From positions 1-25,935 of the IMG/VR virus record IMGVR_UViG_3300025389_000106: a DNA stretch of 25,935 bases. One strand, written 5' to 3'. The DNA is from a virus. Its lineage: Duplodnaviria > Caudoviricetes. Under the pieces are notes generated by a model. It worked only from the letters and a program-made list of their open reading frames with translations. It made no database searches and had not been told where the DNA came from. This document shows, piece by piece, positions 9,260 through 17,950 of the stretch (positions are counted from its first letter, which is position 1; every line of letters begins with the position of its first letter). A program made the translations under genes and the position numbers.

Positions 9260-9649
9260 TTATCCCGCAATCGTTCCGTCGTAGTTCAACTGATTTGTAT
9301 TAACCGTAAGGCTAGTAACTGTGCTGTCAGGCAAAGTTAGCCCTAAGGTTACGAGTTCAATTCCGTTCCTAGTATTTAATCCAAAGGATATTGAGTTAAC
9401 TTTTACCTCTGGTAGCCATTTTGCTATGGCTGTCCTAATCGCAGACGATATAGCTGGTTGAGCTATGTTATCGTTTTCAAAAAGGGCAGTACTCCAGTCC
9501 ACTCCGTATGTAGGTAGCATAGGACGCTGGCCAATACTCGTGGAAAGTAAGGTTAAAACTCTGTCTAAGTATATCTTAGGTGGGTTAGAGGTAGACCCCA
9601 CAACCCCAGATGCGTCTATTGTATATGGGTAATTAATTGCCAAGGTCAT
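9260..9649 (-). CDS. gp25/gpW-like baseplate wedge subunit (sheath initiator)
   Basis: LLSTSIGQRPMLPTYG...IRTAIAKWLPEV is the gp25 signature. Start reassigned to ATG 9649 (ATGA overlap with the upstream stop), 129 aa. Confidence 0.9.
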   Translation of the reverse strand: MTLAINYPYTIDASGVVGSTSNPPKIYLDRVLTLLSTSIGQRPMLPTYGVDWSTALFENDNIAQPAISSAIRTAIAKWLPEVKVNSISFGLNTRNGIELVTLGLTLPDSTVTSLTVNTNQLNYDGTIAG

Positions 9650-10056
9650 GCTTGTACTCCAATCCAAACTGGTTTTTCAGGATCTCCAGCCTCAAACATG
9701 ATCCAAACATTTTGTCCCACAGTTGGTAGGGCTGGAAGGACTGGTGTCGTCTTTGGGGTAACGGTCAGGGCCGGTATAGAAACTGTTACGGTTCCCCCTT
9801 GGGGATCTCCACCCGAGGCAGTGGTAGCAGTTGTAGTCAACGAGGATGCAACTTGAGAGGATAGATGGGTTACTGGTAGGCAAGCCGGAATCCAATGGTT
9901 CCGTATTTCCGTACCATGTAGCTGAGGTATCTGAACTTGAATTCTATATTTTTTAAGAGGATCAGAGATACTGGTGACTCGGGCTGAATAAATCCCATAA
10001 AAGCGGTGGCGTCCTTGGGGATCAAAACCGTATTCATGTTCTGTAGGCAAACTCAT
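9646..10056 (-). CDS. gp5/gpV-type baseplate spike protein, OB-fold only
   Basis: FYGIYSARVTSISDPLKKYRIQVQIP and LPTVGQNVWIMFEAGDPEKPVWIG are the gp5/VgrG OB-fold signatures. Confidence 0.85.
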   Translation of the reverse strand: MSLPTEHEYGFDPQGRHRFYGIYSARVTSISDPLKKYRIQVQIPQLHGTEIRNHWIPACLPVTHLSSQVASSLTTTATTASGGDPQGGTVTVSIPALTVTPKTTPVLPALPTVGQNVWIMFEAGDPEKPVWIGVQA

Positions 10057-10667
10057 TTGAGGACCTTCCCATTACTCTTAGCGGTCCATTGTACCGTTCT
10101 TTTTACATTCTTTAGATTAGGGGCATGATCCTTATTAGGAGTTATACCTGCGATAGTTGGAACAGCTACTGGAGATGGGTTAACCACAGCTGTGGGGTCG
10201 CTAGCGCTAGTCAAAGGTTCTATGGGACTAGCGTTTGGAGACAAAGAGTACTGAGTTAGTTGAGCACCTGATGAGGTCAAAGATTGTCCAGCAAGATCGC
10301 TTTGAACATCCCGTAGGTTTGATCTATTGGCGGCATTGGGATCTACATCCCCAATTACATCAGTTCCTACCTCTAGACGCAGCATGTAGCTGGCAGGAGT
10401 ACCACCAAATACGTGACGTACAGAAAGAACTGTCCAATAACCAGACATGCCATTAGGTAGACCGTCAAGGTATATTGGATCATAAGGACGTATAGTTGAA
10501 TCCCCGACAACAAGAACCTCAGCCCTATGCTGATAGCGATTAGCGTTTGCATAGTTATCGGCAATATGCTTTGATTCAGTTAAACTACCGGATACCTCAT
10601 AGACATGGTGCTTTTGATACGTAGATTTTAAAGTAGATGTTGGGGTGTTGTTTGAAAAGTTACTCAT
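10053..10667 (-). CDS. Baseplate hub (gp27/gpD/VgrG-like), C-terminal half
   Basis: AEVLVVGDSTIRPYDPIYLDGL...MSGYWTVLSVRHVF is the C-terminal barrel motif of VgrG/gpD hubs. ATGA-coupled at both ends. Confidence 0.8.
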   Translation of the reverse strand: MSNFSNNTPTSTLKSTYQKHHVYEVSGSLTESKHIADNYANANRYQHRAEVLVVGDSTIRPYDPIYLDGLPNGMSGYWTVLSVRHVFGGTPASYMLRLEVGTDVIGDVDPNAANRSNLRDVQSDLAGQSLTSSGAQLTQYSLSPNASPIEPLTSASDPTAVVNPSPVAVPTIAGITPNKDHAPNLKNVKRTVQWTAKSNGKVLK

Positions 10668-11524
10668 GATAAGAAGTACTCCTCATTAGGTATAACAACT
10701 CCAGGGTTACTTGGAAGAGGTCCAGTATTTGGGTGCTTAGACTTAATCAAGGTTCCGGTTTGCTTATCAATACCAGAGATAACCCTGTCTATTCTTACCC
10801 CCATCTCAGGAGTCTGATCAGAAATAATAGGCTTAAATTCTAGGATAGTTCCAGTCATACGAAGCTCTCGTGTAGTAACTCCAGTAACTTCGCTATCTAC
10901 GTACTTAAAGTATGAGGCGCCTTTTTTCTTACTTTGAAAAATCTTATCCTTAGATACAAAAAAGATAGTCATGTTCTCGACAAGAAGAGCAAATCCACTT
11001 ACCCTAGCCATACGCTTAAGTAGCTGCCAGTAGCTTTCGCCGGTCTGAACTATTACTTCTTTAAGCTGTCCATGCCTCTGAGCAATTACTTCAAAACCTT
11101 TAGAAGTCCCTACACTAGTAACGACCTTATCATAGGTAGTGTTCGTGTAAACCTTTTGAGCAGTGTCTTTAAGAATAGAGGACGCCCCTACGCAGACAAT
11201 GTCCGTATTACCACCCTGATGGGTATTGCCCTGAGTTATATGGTGCACATATCCGTGCCAGATAGAGTTTATCTTTCCAGACGTAAAAGAAAATACTACA
11301 GGGTCATTAGATACAATGGCACCACGCTTCAGCATAGGCTTGCCTTTAAAGTGCAGCACTAAGCGATCGTGCTCTTCTATATCCTGATGAAGTTCAGCCC
11401 CAACAAGAATTAGGTCCATATCCGGAGTATTAGGAAAGGAAACAAAAAAGGAAGTAGAGGATGCCGTACTCCAAACAAAGTTTTGTTGGGCAGGTATATC
11501 CTGACTAAAATCATTAATTGCCAT
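10664..11524 (-). CDS. Baseplate hub (gp27/gpD/VgrG-like), N-terminal half
   Basis: WHGYVHHI...DIVCVGAS...QTGESYWQLLKRMARVSGF. Start reassigned to ATG 11524 (MAINDFSQ, 286 aa), overlapping the end of the LysM-like gene. Confidence 0.82.
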   Translation of the reverse strand: MAINDFSQDIPAQQNFVWSTASSTSFFVSFPNTPDMDLILVGAELHQDIEEHDRLVLHFKGKPMLKRGAIVSNDPVVFSFTSGKINSIWHGYVHHITQGNTHQGGNTDIVCVGASSILKDTAQKVYTNTTYDKVVTSVGTSKGFEVIAQRHGQLKEVIVQTGESYWQLLKRMARVSGFALLVENMTIFFVSKDKIFQSKKKGASYFKYVDSEVTGVTTRELRMTGTILEFKPIISDQTPEMGVRIDRVISGIDKQTGTLIKSKHPNTGPLPSNPGVVIPNEEYFLS

Positions 11525-11795
11525 ATGGAACCCTAATAGTTGTTCCAGGAAGTATAGAGAATGGGTCAGAAATATCTGGGTTGATATCCATAATTTCCCA
11601 CCAGTACTTAGACCCACCGCAATATACATTTGCTAAGTGAGCAAGACTATCTCCGTCTTTCCAAGAGTACAAAAGGTAATTAACTACCTTGTAATCAGGA
11701 AATTTTCTATAAACAGATATCTCATAGTTTCCTGTGTACTTATTAGGAGTTTGGCCCAAAGGACCGTCGTAGTATCGTGATACACGCTCAATCAT
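11514..11795 (-). CDS. LysM-like baseplate protein (P2 gpX/T4 gp53-like)
   Basis: YSWKDGDSLAHLANVYCGGSKYWWEIMDINPDISDPFSILPGTTIRVP, in the canonical position between tube initiator and hub. Confidence 0.88.
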   Translation of the reverse strand: MIERVSRYYDGPLGQTPNKYTGNYEISVYRKFPDYKVVNYLLYSWKDGDSLAHLANVYCGGSKYWWEIMDINPDISDPFSILPGTTIRVPYGN

Positions 11796-11797
11796 TG

Positions 11798-13714
11798 TTA
11801 GGCACCTGTTCCTGTTCCGGTAGTATTGCCGTTACTAATTAGATACTGTGATATGGTTGTTACAAAGTTAGCTTCTGTACCAATCTTTGTTCCCTTAACA
11901 ACCTTTGCAGCATTTGGGTCAGTCCAGAGAGCCGGGTACCTAGTAAATGTTATGTTAACCACACTTAACATAGGAATCATCTGAACGTTAAAGATCATGT
12001 GGTTGACCTGCATAGACGCCACTGATCCAAAGTACCTAAGATTATCGTTTAGATAAAGCCAGCAAGGAGTTCCAGTTGTGTAGCCAAAGTCTGCAGTAAC
12101 TCCCGAACCTCTGTAGCTATCGGAAAGAAGAAGTGAGTTAGTTAGGGGGTCGCCATTTAGCACACGATATAAATATTCAATGTCGTATTCAGTACCTCTA
12201 TTTAGAATGCCTTGAGCCTGTTCTTCACTTAACCCGCCACCACCATAGGAGCCGGCAGTCTCTGGTCCACCTGTAGGATATCTAAGAAGGTAGGTCATAT
12301 CCACAATACGGTTTAGATAAAGCTCCACGCTTACAGTCTGATTGCCTTGTAACAATATAGATGGATCTGATGAACCAAGCGTCCAGTCAACAGCATTATT
12401 AGATGCGGTGCTATAGGAGAAAGTAGTTGGGTTATACATAAACCTAAATCCCCATTGAGCAGCTGTCTTTCCTTTACCCACCGCCAAATTTTTAATGTGA
12501 TCCGGATTAGTATTAAGAGTAGCAGCTCCATTTGGATCCTGAATAATCTTTCCCAAGCTGCTAGAGGCATACTGCTTTAAAACATCTTCAGCCATAGCCG
12601 TAACCATAAGCTCTGAGCCCACATAGGCACGAGCCGCAACAATGTTTGGTGCAAACGGTGCAGTCTTAGTCATCATGTGGGTAGGTGGGTTAAACCGTTC
12701 TGTACCCATAGCCGGTGGATTAGTGTTAGTCGGCGAAGCTGCGTCCCCATTAGAAGGGGCAGGAGTTTTAAGAGTCTTTTGCCCTATACAATCCCCAAGA
12801 GCAATTTGCTGCATGGTTTGCAGGGCCACAGTCCTAGGGCTATTTTTTCCATAATAATCACTCATGTCGTGATTCATATCAATAATGTGTTCGCGGTATG
12901 TAGAAATATCCCCACTAACTGCAGAGGTATAGTAGGCAATATTGTACGTACTTGCCGTATTTGTTGAGTTAGGTGTAGGTGTACCAATAAATAATACATA
13001 CCATTGTTTTTTACATTTATCAAAAATAGTATTTAAGCTTCCACCACCAGCATTTTGATATCCTGAGGTTTTCCATGGTGCCCTGCTTTGAATATAAGTG
13101 GTTAATCCTTGAGGGTAAGTAGGAATAGGTACAGCTTCTCCTATAACCATAATTGGAGATGGGCTAAGTGGGACCAAAGTAATAGGGGTTACTGAGGTAT
13201 CACCTCCATAAGTTCCACTAAAATCATTAGCCGAAACCTGTTGACCTAAAGTTACTGAGTAAGGTTGTGTAAGAGTTGCACCGGCCGCTGAAAGCGTTGT
13301 CTGAAAAGTATAGTATGGCATACTAGAGCCACCAACAATAGTGGGGGTGGTTAACTGTGTTGGTGCGTTGTTAGTAGACGCCCCTACAGATGCAGGAGAA
13401 AAATACTGAGACTCGAAGTTCATTTTAAGCTTAAGAAGATCAGAAGATTCCTTAAGCGCATAGTAGGTCTTAATGCCACCATCGTTTTTAATTTGATAAA
13501 GACGAACATGGAATACTAGTCCAAATCCCTTTTGAACTTCAAACTTTGTACTAGTAGACGTGTTTATTGTCTCTGCTTGAACTGGGTACAGGTTAGGAAA
13601 GTAGCTTGGGTAGTACTGCAGGTTTACTATATTAAGGTTAGGATCAGTTTTATATGCAGCATCCCAATTGATATATGCCTGTACAGTGTAGCCGTAAGTA
13701 TATGTGACAGCCAT
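11798..13714 (-). CDS. Tail tube-initiator-like baseplate protein with a long N-terminal extension
   Basis: The C-terminal ~220 aa (WGFRFMYNPTTFSYS...YFGSVASMQVNHMIFNVQMIPMLSVVNITF) resemble CIS tube-initiator domains. Directly after the tape measure (TAATG overlap). Confidence 0.7.
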   Translation of the reverse strand: MAVTYTYGYTVQAYINWDAAYKTDPNLNIVNLQYYPSYFPNLYPVQAETINTSTSTKFEVQKGFGLVFHVRLYQIKNDGGIKTYYALKESSDLLKLKMNFESQYFSPASVGASTNNAPTQLTTPTIVGGSSMPYYTFQTTLSAAGATLTQPYSVTLGQQVSANDFSGTYGGDTSVTPITLVPLSPSPIMVIGEAVPIPTYPQGLTTYIQSRAPWKTSGYQNAGGGSLNTIFDKCKKQWYVLFIGTPTPNSTNTASTYNIAYYTSAVSGDISTYREHIIDMNHDMSDYYGKNSPRTVALQTMQQIALGDCIGQKTLKTPAPSNGDAASPTNTNPPAMGTERFNPPTHMMTKTAPFAPNIVAARAYVGSELMVTAMAEDVLKQYASSSLGKIIQDPNGAATLNTNPDHIKNLAVGKGKTAAQWGFRFMYNPTTFSYSTASNNAVDWTLGSSDPSILLQGNQTVSVELYLNRIVDMTYLLRYPTGGPETAGSYGGGGLSEEQAQGILNRGTEYDIEYLYRVLNGDPLTNSLLLSDSYRGSGVTADFGYTTGTPCWLYLNDNLRYFGSVASMQVNHMIFNVQMIPMLSVVNITFTRYPALWTDPNAAKVVKGTKIGTEANFVTTISQYLISNGNTTGTGTGA

Positions 13715-16269
13715 TAGATTGATCCCCCAATGCTCTTAAGCACAGCGCTATTCTTTAGCTCTTGTCCAACAATATTGACTAGTCTCTTAGCCTCAGCAAC
13801 ACTTGACTGAGCAATTTGAACCTTCATGTTTAGGTTAATTACAACATTAGATCCAACCATAGGAGGGCTTACAGATGCGGGGCCTCCACGACCACTAGAG
13901 TACTTTACTGCCACTCCAGCAGTTCCTAATTCAGCTCCAGGTCCACCATAGCCAGGAATATGTGTGCCCCAAGGAGAATGGTCTACTGCACTTAATACGG
14001 CGCCAGTATTATTTCCACGACCTAAGGCAGCAAGGATATTCTTATACCTTCCATTATTTAGGGTAGCTATGGTTGCCTTGTATCCTTGATCCCAAGATAC
14101 GTAAGACTTAACTCCCTCAGGATTCATATTAGTAGCGCCAGGAGCACCTTGCTCAGTATTTAAAGGGTTATAGTGAGCTGAGTTATGCCACTGACCGCCT
14201 TCGTATGCAGCCCAAGTAGTTAAAGCAGCAATGTTAGAAGAGGTTGTAGGCTTACCTAATTTTTGTAGAAGTGTCTTAGCCCAAGCCTGCTGAGAGCCGG
14301 TACCAAGAATAGTTCCTTGAGTAGTTTGAAATTTACCTTTGAAAAAGGAATAAGCAGTTCCATTATTTAAATTTTTTGCTGCCGCTTCACCAAACATGTT
14401 GCCTGCATTATTTGCGCCTGTAGGTCCCAAGCTAGCAATAATAGAGTTGATGTCCTGGCTTGATAATGAACCTACAGAAGAATTAACTGCTTTAGGTGAG
14501 GCGTTTGTAGAGTTACTTAGGTAAGGAGTTGGGTCAACTTTTTTACCATTAACCAATACTTCAAAGTGAAGGTGAGGTCCAGTTACATTACCTGTAGCAC
14601 CAGAAATGCCGATAATATCTCCACCAGAAACTTTTTGTCCTCTTGATACAGAGATAGACTTTAAGTGAGCATAACGAGTGCGATAGGTTCCGTGATCTAC
14701 TTCTACATACTTACCATATCCACCACCATTGCCTACGATGGTTACTGTGCCGGCAGCGTGTGCAAATACCCTAGTTCCTGTTTGGGCACCAAAGTCAATA
14801 CCTGCGTGGAAACCTTTTGTCTTTGCTCCACCACCACGTGGTCCGTACTTTGATGTAATCGGGGTGCTCTTAGGTACAGGAAGAGTTCCGCTAGTTGGTC
14901 CGCCCTGTCCTGTAGATGCGCCGTGTCCACCATCACCATGATCTTCTGGTCCACCTAGGAATGCTAATAGTGGGAGAGCCTTAAGAGCAACCCCGCCAAT
15001 CTTAGCTAAAAGACCTGCGTCCTTAGCAACTGTTCCAACATCTCCAGCAACTGTTGCTGCTGTTCCCATTCCCCCTAAAACCTTTTTCATAGCATAGGCG
15101 TTCATAGCAGCTCCGCCAATAGCTCCGGCACCTCTAGTTAGAGTTCCTCCAACACCACCAGCATTTGGAAAAGTTTCAAGCATACCCTTAAGTCCCATAA
15201 GGGCTCGGGTTACACCAGATGCTGCATTAGCAACACTGGCAAAATCATTTGTTAAAGACGCATTAGTATTGAGCGCCGTATTGTATCCACCAACAAGCCC
15301 CTGCTCAGTAGCAGCTAGCGCATTGGCTTGTGCAGTGTTATTTGCAAAATTAGAATACATAGGGCTTGACTTATCAACATTCATAGCGCCAAGCATTGTC
15401 TTAGCATTGCCCATTTGAGCAGCTGTTATGTCGCTACCAATTTGAGCACGGGCCATCATACCGGACTGCAGTGTTTGCATCAAGGCAGCATTGCCACCAG
15501 ACACTTGTTGAAGAACTTGATAGCCCTTACCGCCAGGATTTAAAAATGCGGTGGCAGCTTGTTGAGAAGTAATCTTGCCACGAATTAAAGCGTTGTATAC
15601 AGAGTTAACAATCTGGTTAGGTGGAAGCAAGTTACCCTTGCTATCACGAACCCTGATACCTAGACGCAGGAAATTCATTCCATTTACGCCTGCTACAGCA
15701 CCAGCAACTTGTTCGTTGCTCATACCGGTCATAGCACTAAGGCCCGCTAATTGGCTCATAACATTTTGTGAGCTCATAGAGTTAGCTGTATAGCCAAGAT
15801 TAGAAAGGGTCATAGCAGCCATGGTTGGTCCCATAGCGCTTGTAGCTCCCATACCTACTTGAGAATTAGCAAGACGGGTCGCTTGCATATTTGTCATGCC
15901 TGCAAAGCCGGCATAGGTTGAAGCACCCATTGCCTGAGTTACCGCAGACATTGTGCTTGGTGCCATGGACATGCCAAGAGCACCGGTTGCAACTACGCCA
16001 AGTCCTAAACCAGATAGGGCTTGACCTTTAGTAATTGCTCCAAGACCCAGTCTTCCAGAGCCAGGGGTATTTTGATCTACAATACCTCGGGCAGACTGTA
16101 TCTTTTGAGTAGAAGTATTAACATCGGCAACAATTTCTTTGACGATCTTACGTACATCTGTAAATAGCTTTAGCCATTCTTTAGGCATGGCGTCAAAGGC
16201 AGCTGACTCTACGCTTGCATAGCCAGGCTGATCTGAAGGCCCTACTGCATTACCATAGGCATCTGCCAT
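13714..16269 (-). CDS. Tape measure protein with M23 peptidase and lysozyme-like domains
   Basis: Ala/Gly/Met-rich helical N-half. M23 motifs HAGID and HLHFE (about 14518-14860). Lysozyme-like region WAAYEGG...YNPLNT...GVKSYVSWDQG (about 13965-14295). Follows the chaperone gene. Confidence 0.88.
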   Translation of the reverse strand: MADAYGNAVGPSDQPGYASVESAAFDAMPKEWLKLFTDVRKIVKEIVADVNTSTQKIQSARGIVDQNTPGSGRLGLGAITKGQALSGLGLGVVATGALGMSMAPSTMSAVTQAMGASTYAGFAGMTNMQATRLANSQVGMGATSAMGPTMAAMTLSNLGYTANSMSSQNVMSQLAGLSAMTGMSNEQVAGAVAGVNGMNFLRLGIRVRDSKGNLLPPNQIVNSVYNALIRGKITSQQAATAFLNPGGKGYQVLQQVSGGNAALMQTLQSGMMARAQIGSDITAAQMGNAKTMLGAMNVDKSSPMYSNFANNTAQANALAATEQGLVGGYNTALNTNASLTNDFASVANAASGVTRALMGLKGMLETFPNAGGVGGTLTRGAGAIGGAAMNAYAMKKVLGGMGTAATVAGDVGTVAKDAGLLAKIGGVALKALPLLAFLGGPEDHGDGGHGASTGQGGPTSGTLPVPKSTPITSKYGPRGGGAKTKGFHAGIDFGAQTGTRVFAHAAGTVTIVGNGGGYGKYVEVDHGTYRTRYAHLKSISVSRGQKVSGGDIIGISGATGNVTGPHLHFEVLVNGKKVDPTPYLSNSTNASPKAVNSSVGSLSSQDINSIIASLGPTGANNAGNMFGEAAAKNLNNGTAYSFFKGKFQTTQGTILGTGSQQAWAKTLLQKLGKPTTSSNIAALTTWAAYEGGQWHNSAHYNPLNTEQGAPGATNMNPEGVKSYVSWDQGYKATIATLNNGRYKNILAALGRGNNTGAVLSAVDHSPWGTHIPGYGGPGAELGTAGVAVKYSSGRGGPASVSPPMVGSNVVINLNMKVQIAQSSVAEAKRLVNIVGQELKNSAVLKSIGGSI

Positions 16270-16274
16270 TTAAC

Positions 16275-16427
16275 TCACCGCCTTTTTCTTCCCGTAGCTT
16301 TACTTAACCAGTTTAAGCGTTCCCGTATACTTAGGGAACGTACGTCTTCTAAAGACCATCCAGGATATTCCTCCGTTAATAGGTAGTACATATCCATTAA
16401 GGTCTCGTAATCTACTGCACTAGCGAA
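16275..16427 (-). CDS. Tail assembly chaperone second frame (T-like), probably expressed by frameshift
   Basis: Not in the ORF track. Frame reads FASAVDYETLMDMYYLLTEEYPGWSLEDVRSLSIRERLNWLSKATGRKRR*. GW-x-L-xx-V-xx-L-xx-RER resembles the short ORFs found before tape measures of contractile systems. The internal ATG at 16397 lacks a clear SD. Confidence 0.75.
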   Translation of the reverse strand, partial: FASAVDYETLMDMYYLLTEEYPGWSLEDVRSLSIRERLNWLSKATGRKRR

Positions 16428-17232
16428 ACAACTCCGCTAAAGTTAGCGGAAGCGGTACCTCCGTGCCGCAGAATTGACATGAGACTTTTATTTCACTGAG
16501 TTGTGGGCCAGGGTTGCGGTCTGTAATCTCTTCTAAAATCTTCCTGCGGTCCATGATGCTGAGATTCCTCACAGCTGCCGGACTTATTACAAGCGTGTCA
16601 TTTATAGATAACACGCAGTTATTAAGAATAATTGTATCTAGTTCTGCTGCAGTTTTGTTGCTAGAAGTAATGACAGCCTTCTGAGCAGAGCCCTTAGGAA
16701 GGGTAACTCTTACCTCTCCTACCTTACAATCTACTGTAAATTCTCCAGGACCTTCCAGAGTCTTTACTGGAACATCTTTATCTAAATCTACTTCAAATAC
16801 CTGCTCTTCACCGCATGATGGGCAAGGAGCTGGTCCAAGCTTAACATCTGAACCAAAGGTAGCTTTTCTAATAGCTAATAGGATTGCTTCCCTATCACCA
16901 GCGTAGAGTGAATCTAATAGTGGTTCAGTTACCTTCTCAGAGCCAATCTTTACTGTGCCTCGTTCTAGAATTGTAAGGAGAGCTCGGCCTGGATCAGCCA
17001 TCTTAGAGATGGCCTCTTCATCAGCTCCATTGAGCTCCCTTACTTCTGCTGTCTTAATGAGTCCGCTAAAGGGATCCATTAAGCCACCAGGCAATTCTAC
17101 ATCTGTAGCAGGAGGCAACTTAACGTCAGGCTTAAAAGCCTTAACTGTTGCCTCCTGATCAGACATTGCTTCTGTAGCTAGCTTGTTAGCTACTGATGGA
17201 TCTAGTGCTGCGTTTACTGTTTTTGTAGTCAT
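16420..17232 (-). CDS. Tail assembly chaperone / T4 gp26-gp51-like baseplate hub assembly protein
   Basis: Between tube and tape measure. VRELNGADEE and LYAGDREAILLAIRKATFG motifs, two CxxC pairs (CPSC, CQFC), ends LAELFR*. Confidence 0.8.
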   Translation of the reverse strand: MTTKTVNAALDPSVANKLATEAMSDQEATVKAFKPDVKLPPATDVELPGGLMDPFSGLIKTAEVRELNGADEEAISKMADPGRALLTILERGTVKIGSEKVTEPLLDSLYAGDREAILLAIRKATFGSDVKLGPAPCPSCGEEQVFEVDLDKDVPVKTLEGPGEFTVDCKVGEVRVTLPKGSAQKAVITSSNKTAAELDTIILNNCVLSINDTLVISPAAVRNLSIMDRRKILEEITDRNPGPQLSEIKVSCQFCGTEVPLPLTLAELFR

Positions 17233-17258
17233 ATTGTGTACCTTTTTATTTTAATAGA

Positions 17259-17936
17259 TTATGCGTTATAGCCGCCAAGACCTGGGGCTGTTCCACCCTT
17301 TGTGTAATCAGTTGCGTATGATACATCGAATCCTTCATGTACCAAAGTAATGTCCTCTACCATGAGGGTGTTAGCACCTGCATCAAGGTTGCTATAGGTC
17401 AAGGATGTAATCCATGCGTTATAGACCTTGAAACGAAGTGAGGTGTGTGGTGAACTTGTTGCACCATCACCCATAGCAGTAGAATCGCTTCCTGCAGTGA
17501 AGCCAGGATTTGGATGAGTAAGAACCTGGATATCTAGGTTGCAACGGAATTGCTCACCGACTGTAGGCCCCGACTGTGGGGTTAGTACGGTAAACAAACG
17601 GCGCATCCAGTCAGCGTTACCCATTTGTCCCAACATAACACCTTTAGTAAGGGTGATTGGTGTAAATGAGCTTTGTCCTGGAATCTGGTGAACGTTGGTG
17701 TTGTATCCGCCTTCACGGTAAGCAATCGACTCTGTCGATACGCTTAGGCCGGTAAGGGAAACAAACCCCATCGTACCAAATGAGTTTGCCGTACTACTCT
17801 GAGATGCACTCTTATTCCAGTAAGCATCTTGGGTTTTACCATCTGGGGAGATTGGGCTAAATTGCACAAGGAACTTAAAATTACGGACCGGATCCGTCAT
17901 CAAGTTACTTAGTTGATTTTGGTTAGTTATTGCCAT
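17259..17936 (-). CDS. Tail tube protein (T4 gp19/Afp1-like)
   Basis: DPVRNFKFLV...GFVSLTGL...IAYREGG...IPGQSSFTPITLTKG...FKVYNAW...LDAGANTLMVEDITLVHEGF. Confidence 0.93.
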   Translation of the reverse strand: MAITNQNQLSNLMTDPVRNFKFLVQFSPISPDGKTQDAYWNKSASQSSTANSFGTMGFVSLTGLSVSTESIAYREGGYNTNVHQIPGQSSFTPITLTKGVMLGQMGNADWMRRLFTVLTPQSGPTVGEQFRCNLDIQVLTHPNPGFTAGSDSTAMGDGATSSPHTSLRFKVYNAWITSLTYSNLDAGANTLMVEDITLVHEGFDVSYATDYTKGGTAPGLGGYNA

Positions 17937-17950
17937 TTTTTATCTTCTCC

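Noticed and set aside
11525-11629. N-terminal 35 aa of the 321-aa hub ORF
   Set aside because: It overlaps the LysM-like gene extensively; ATG 11524 gives the usual short coupling overlap.
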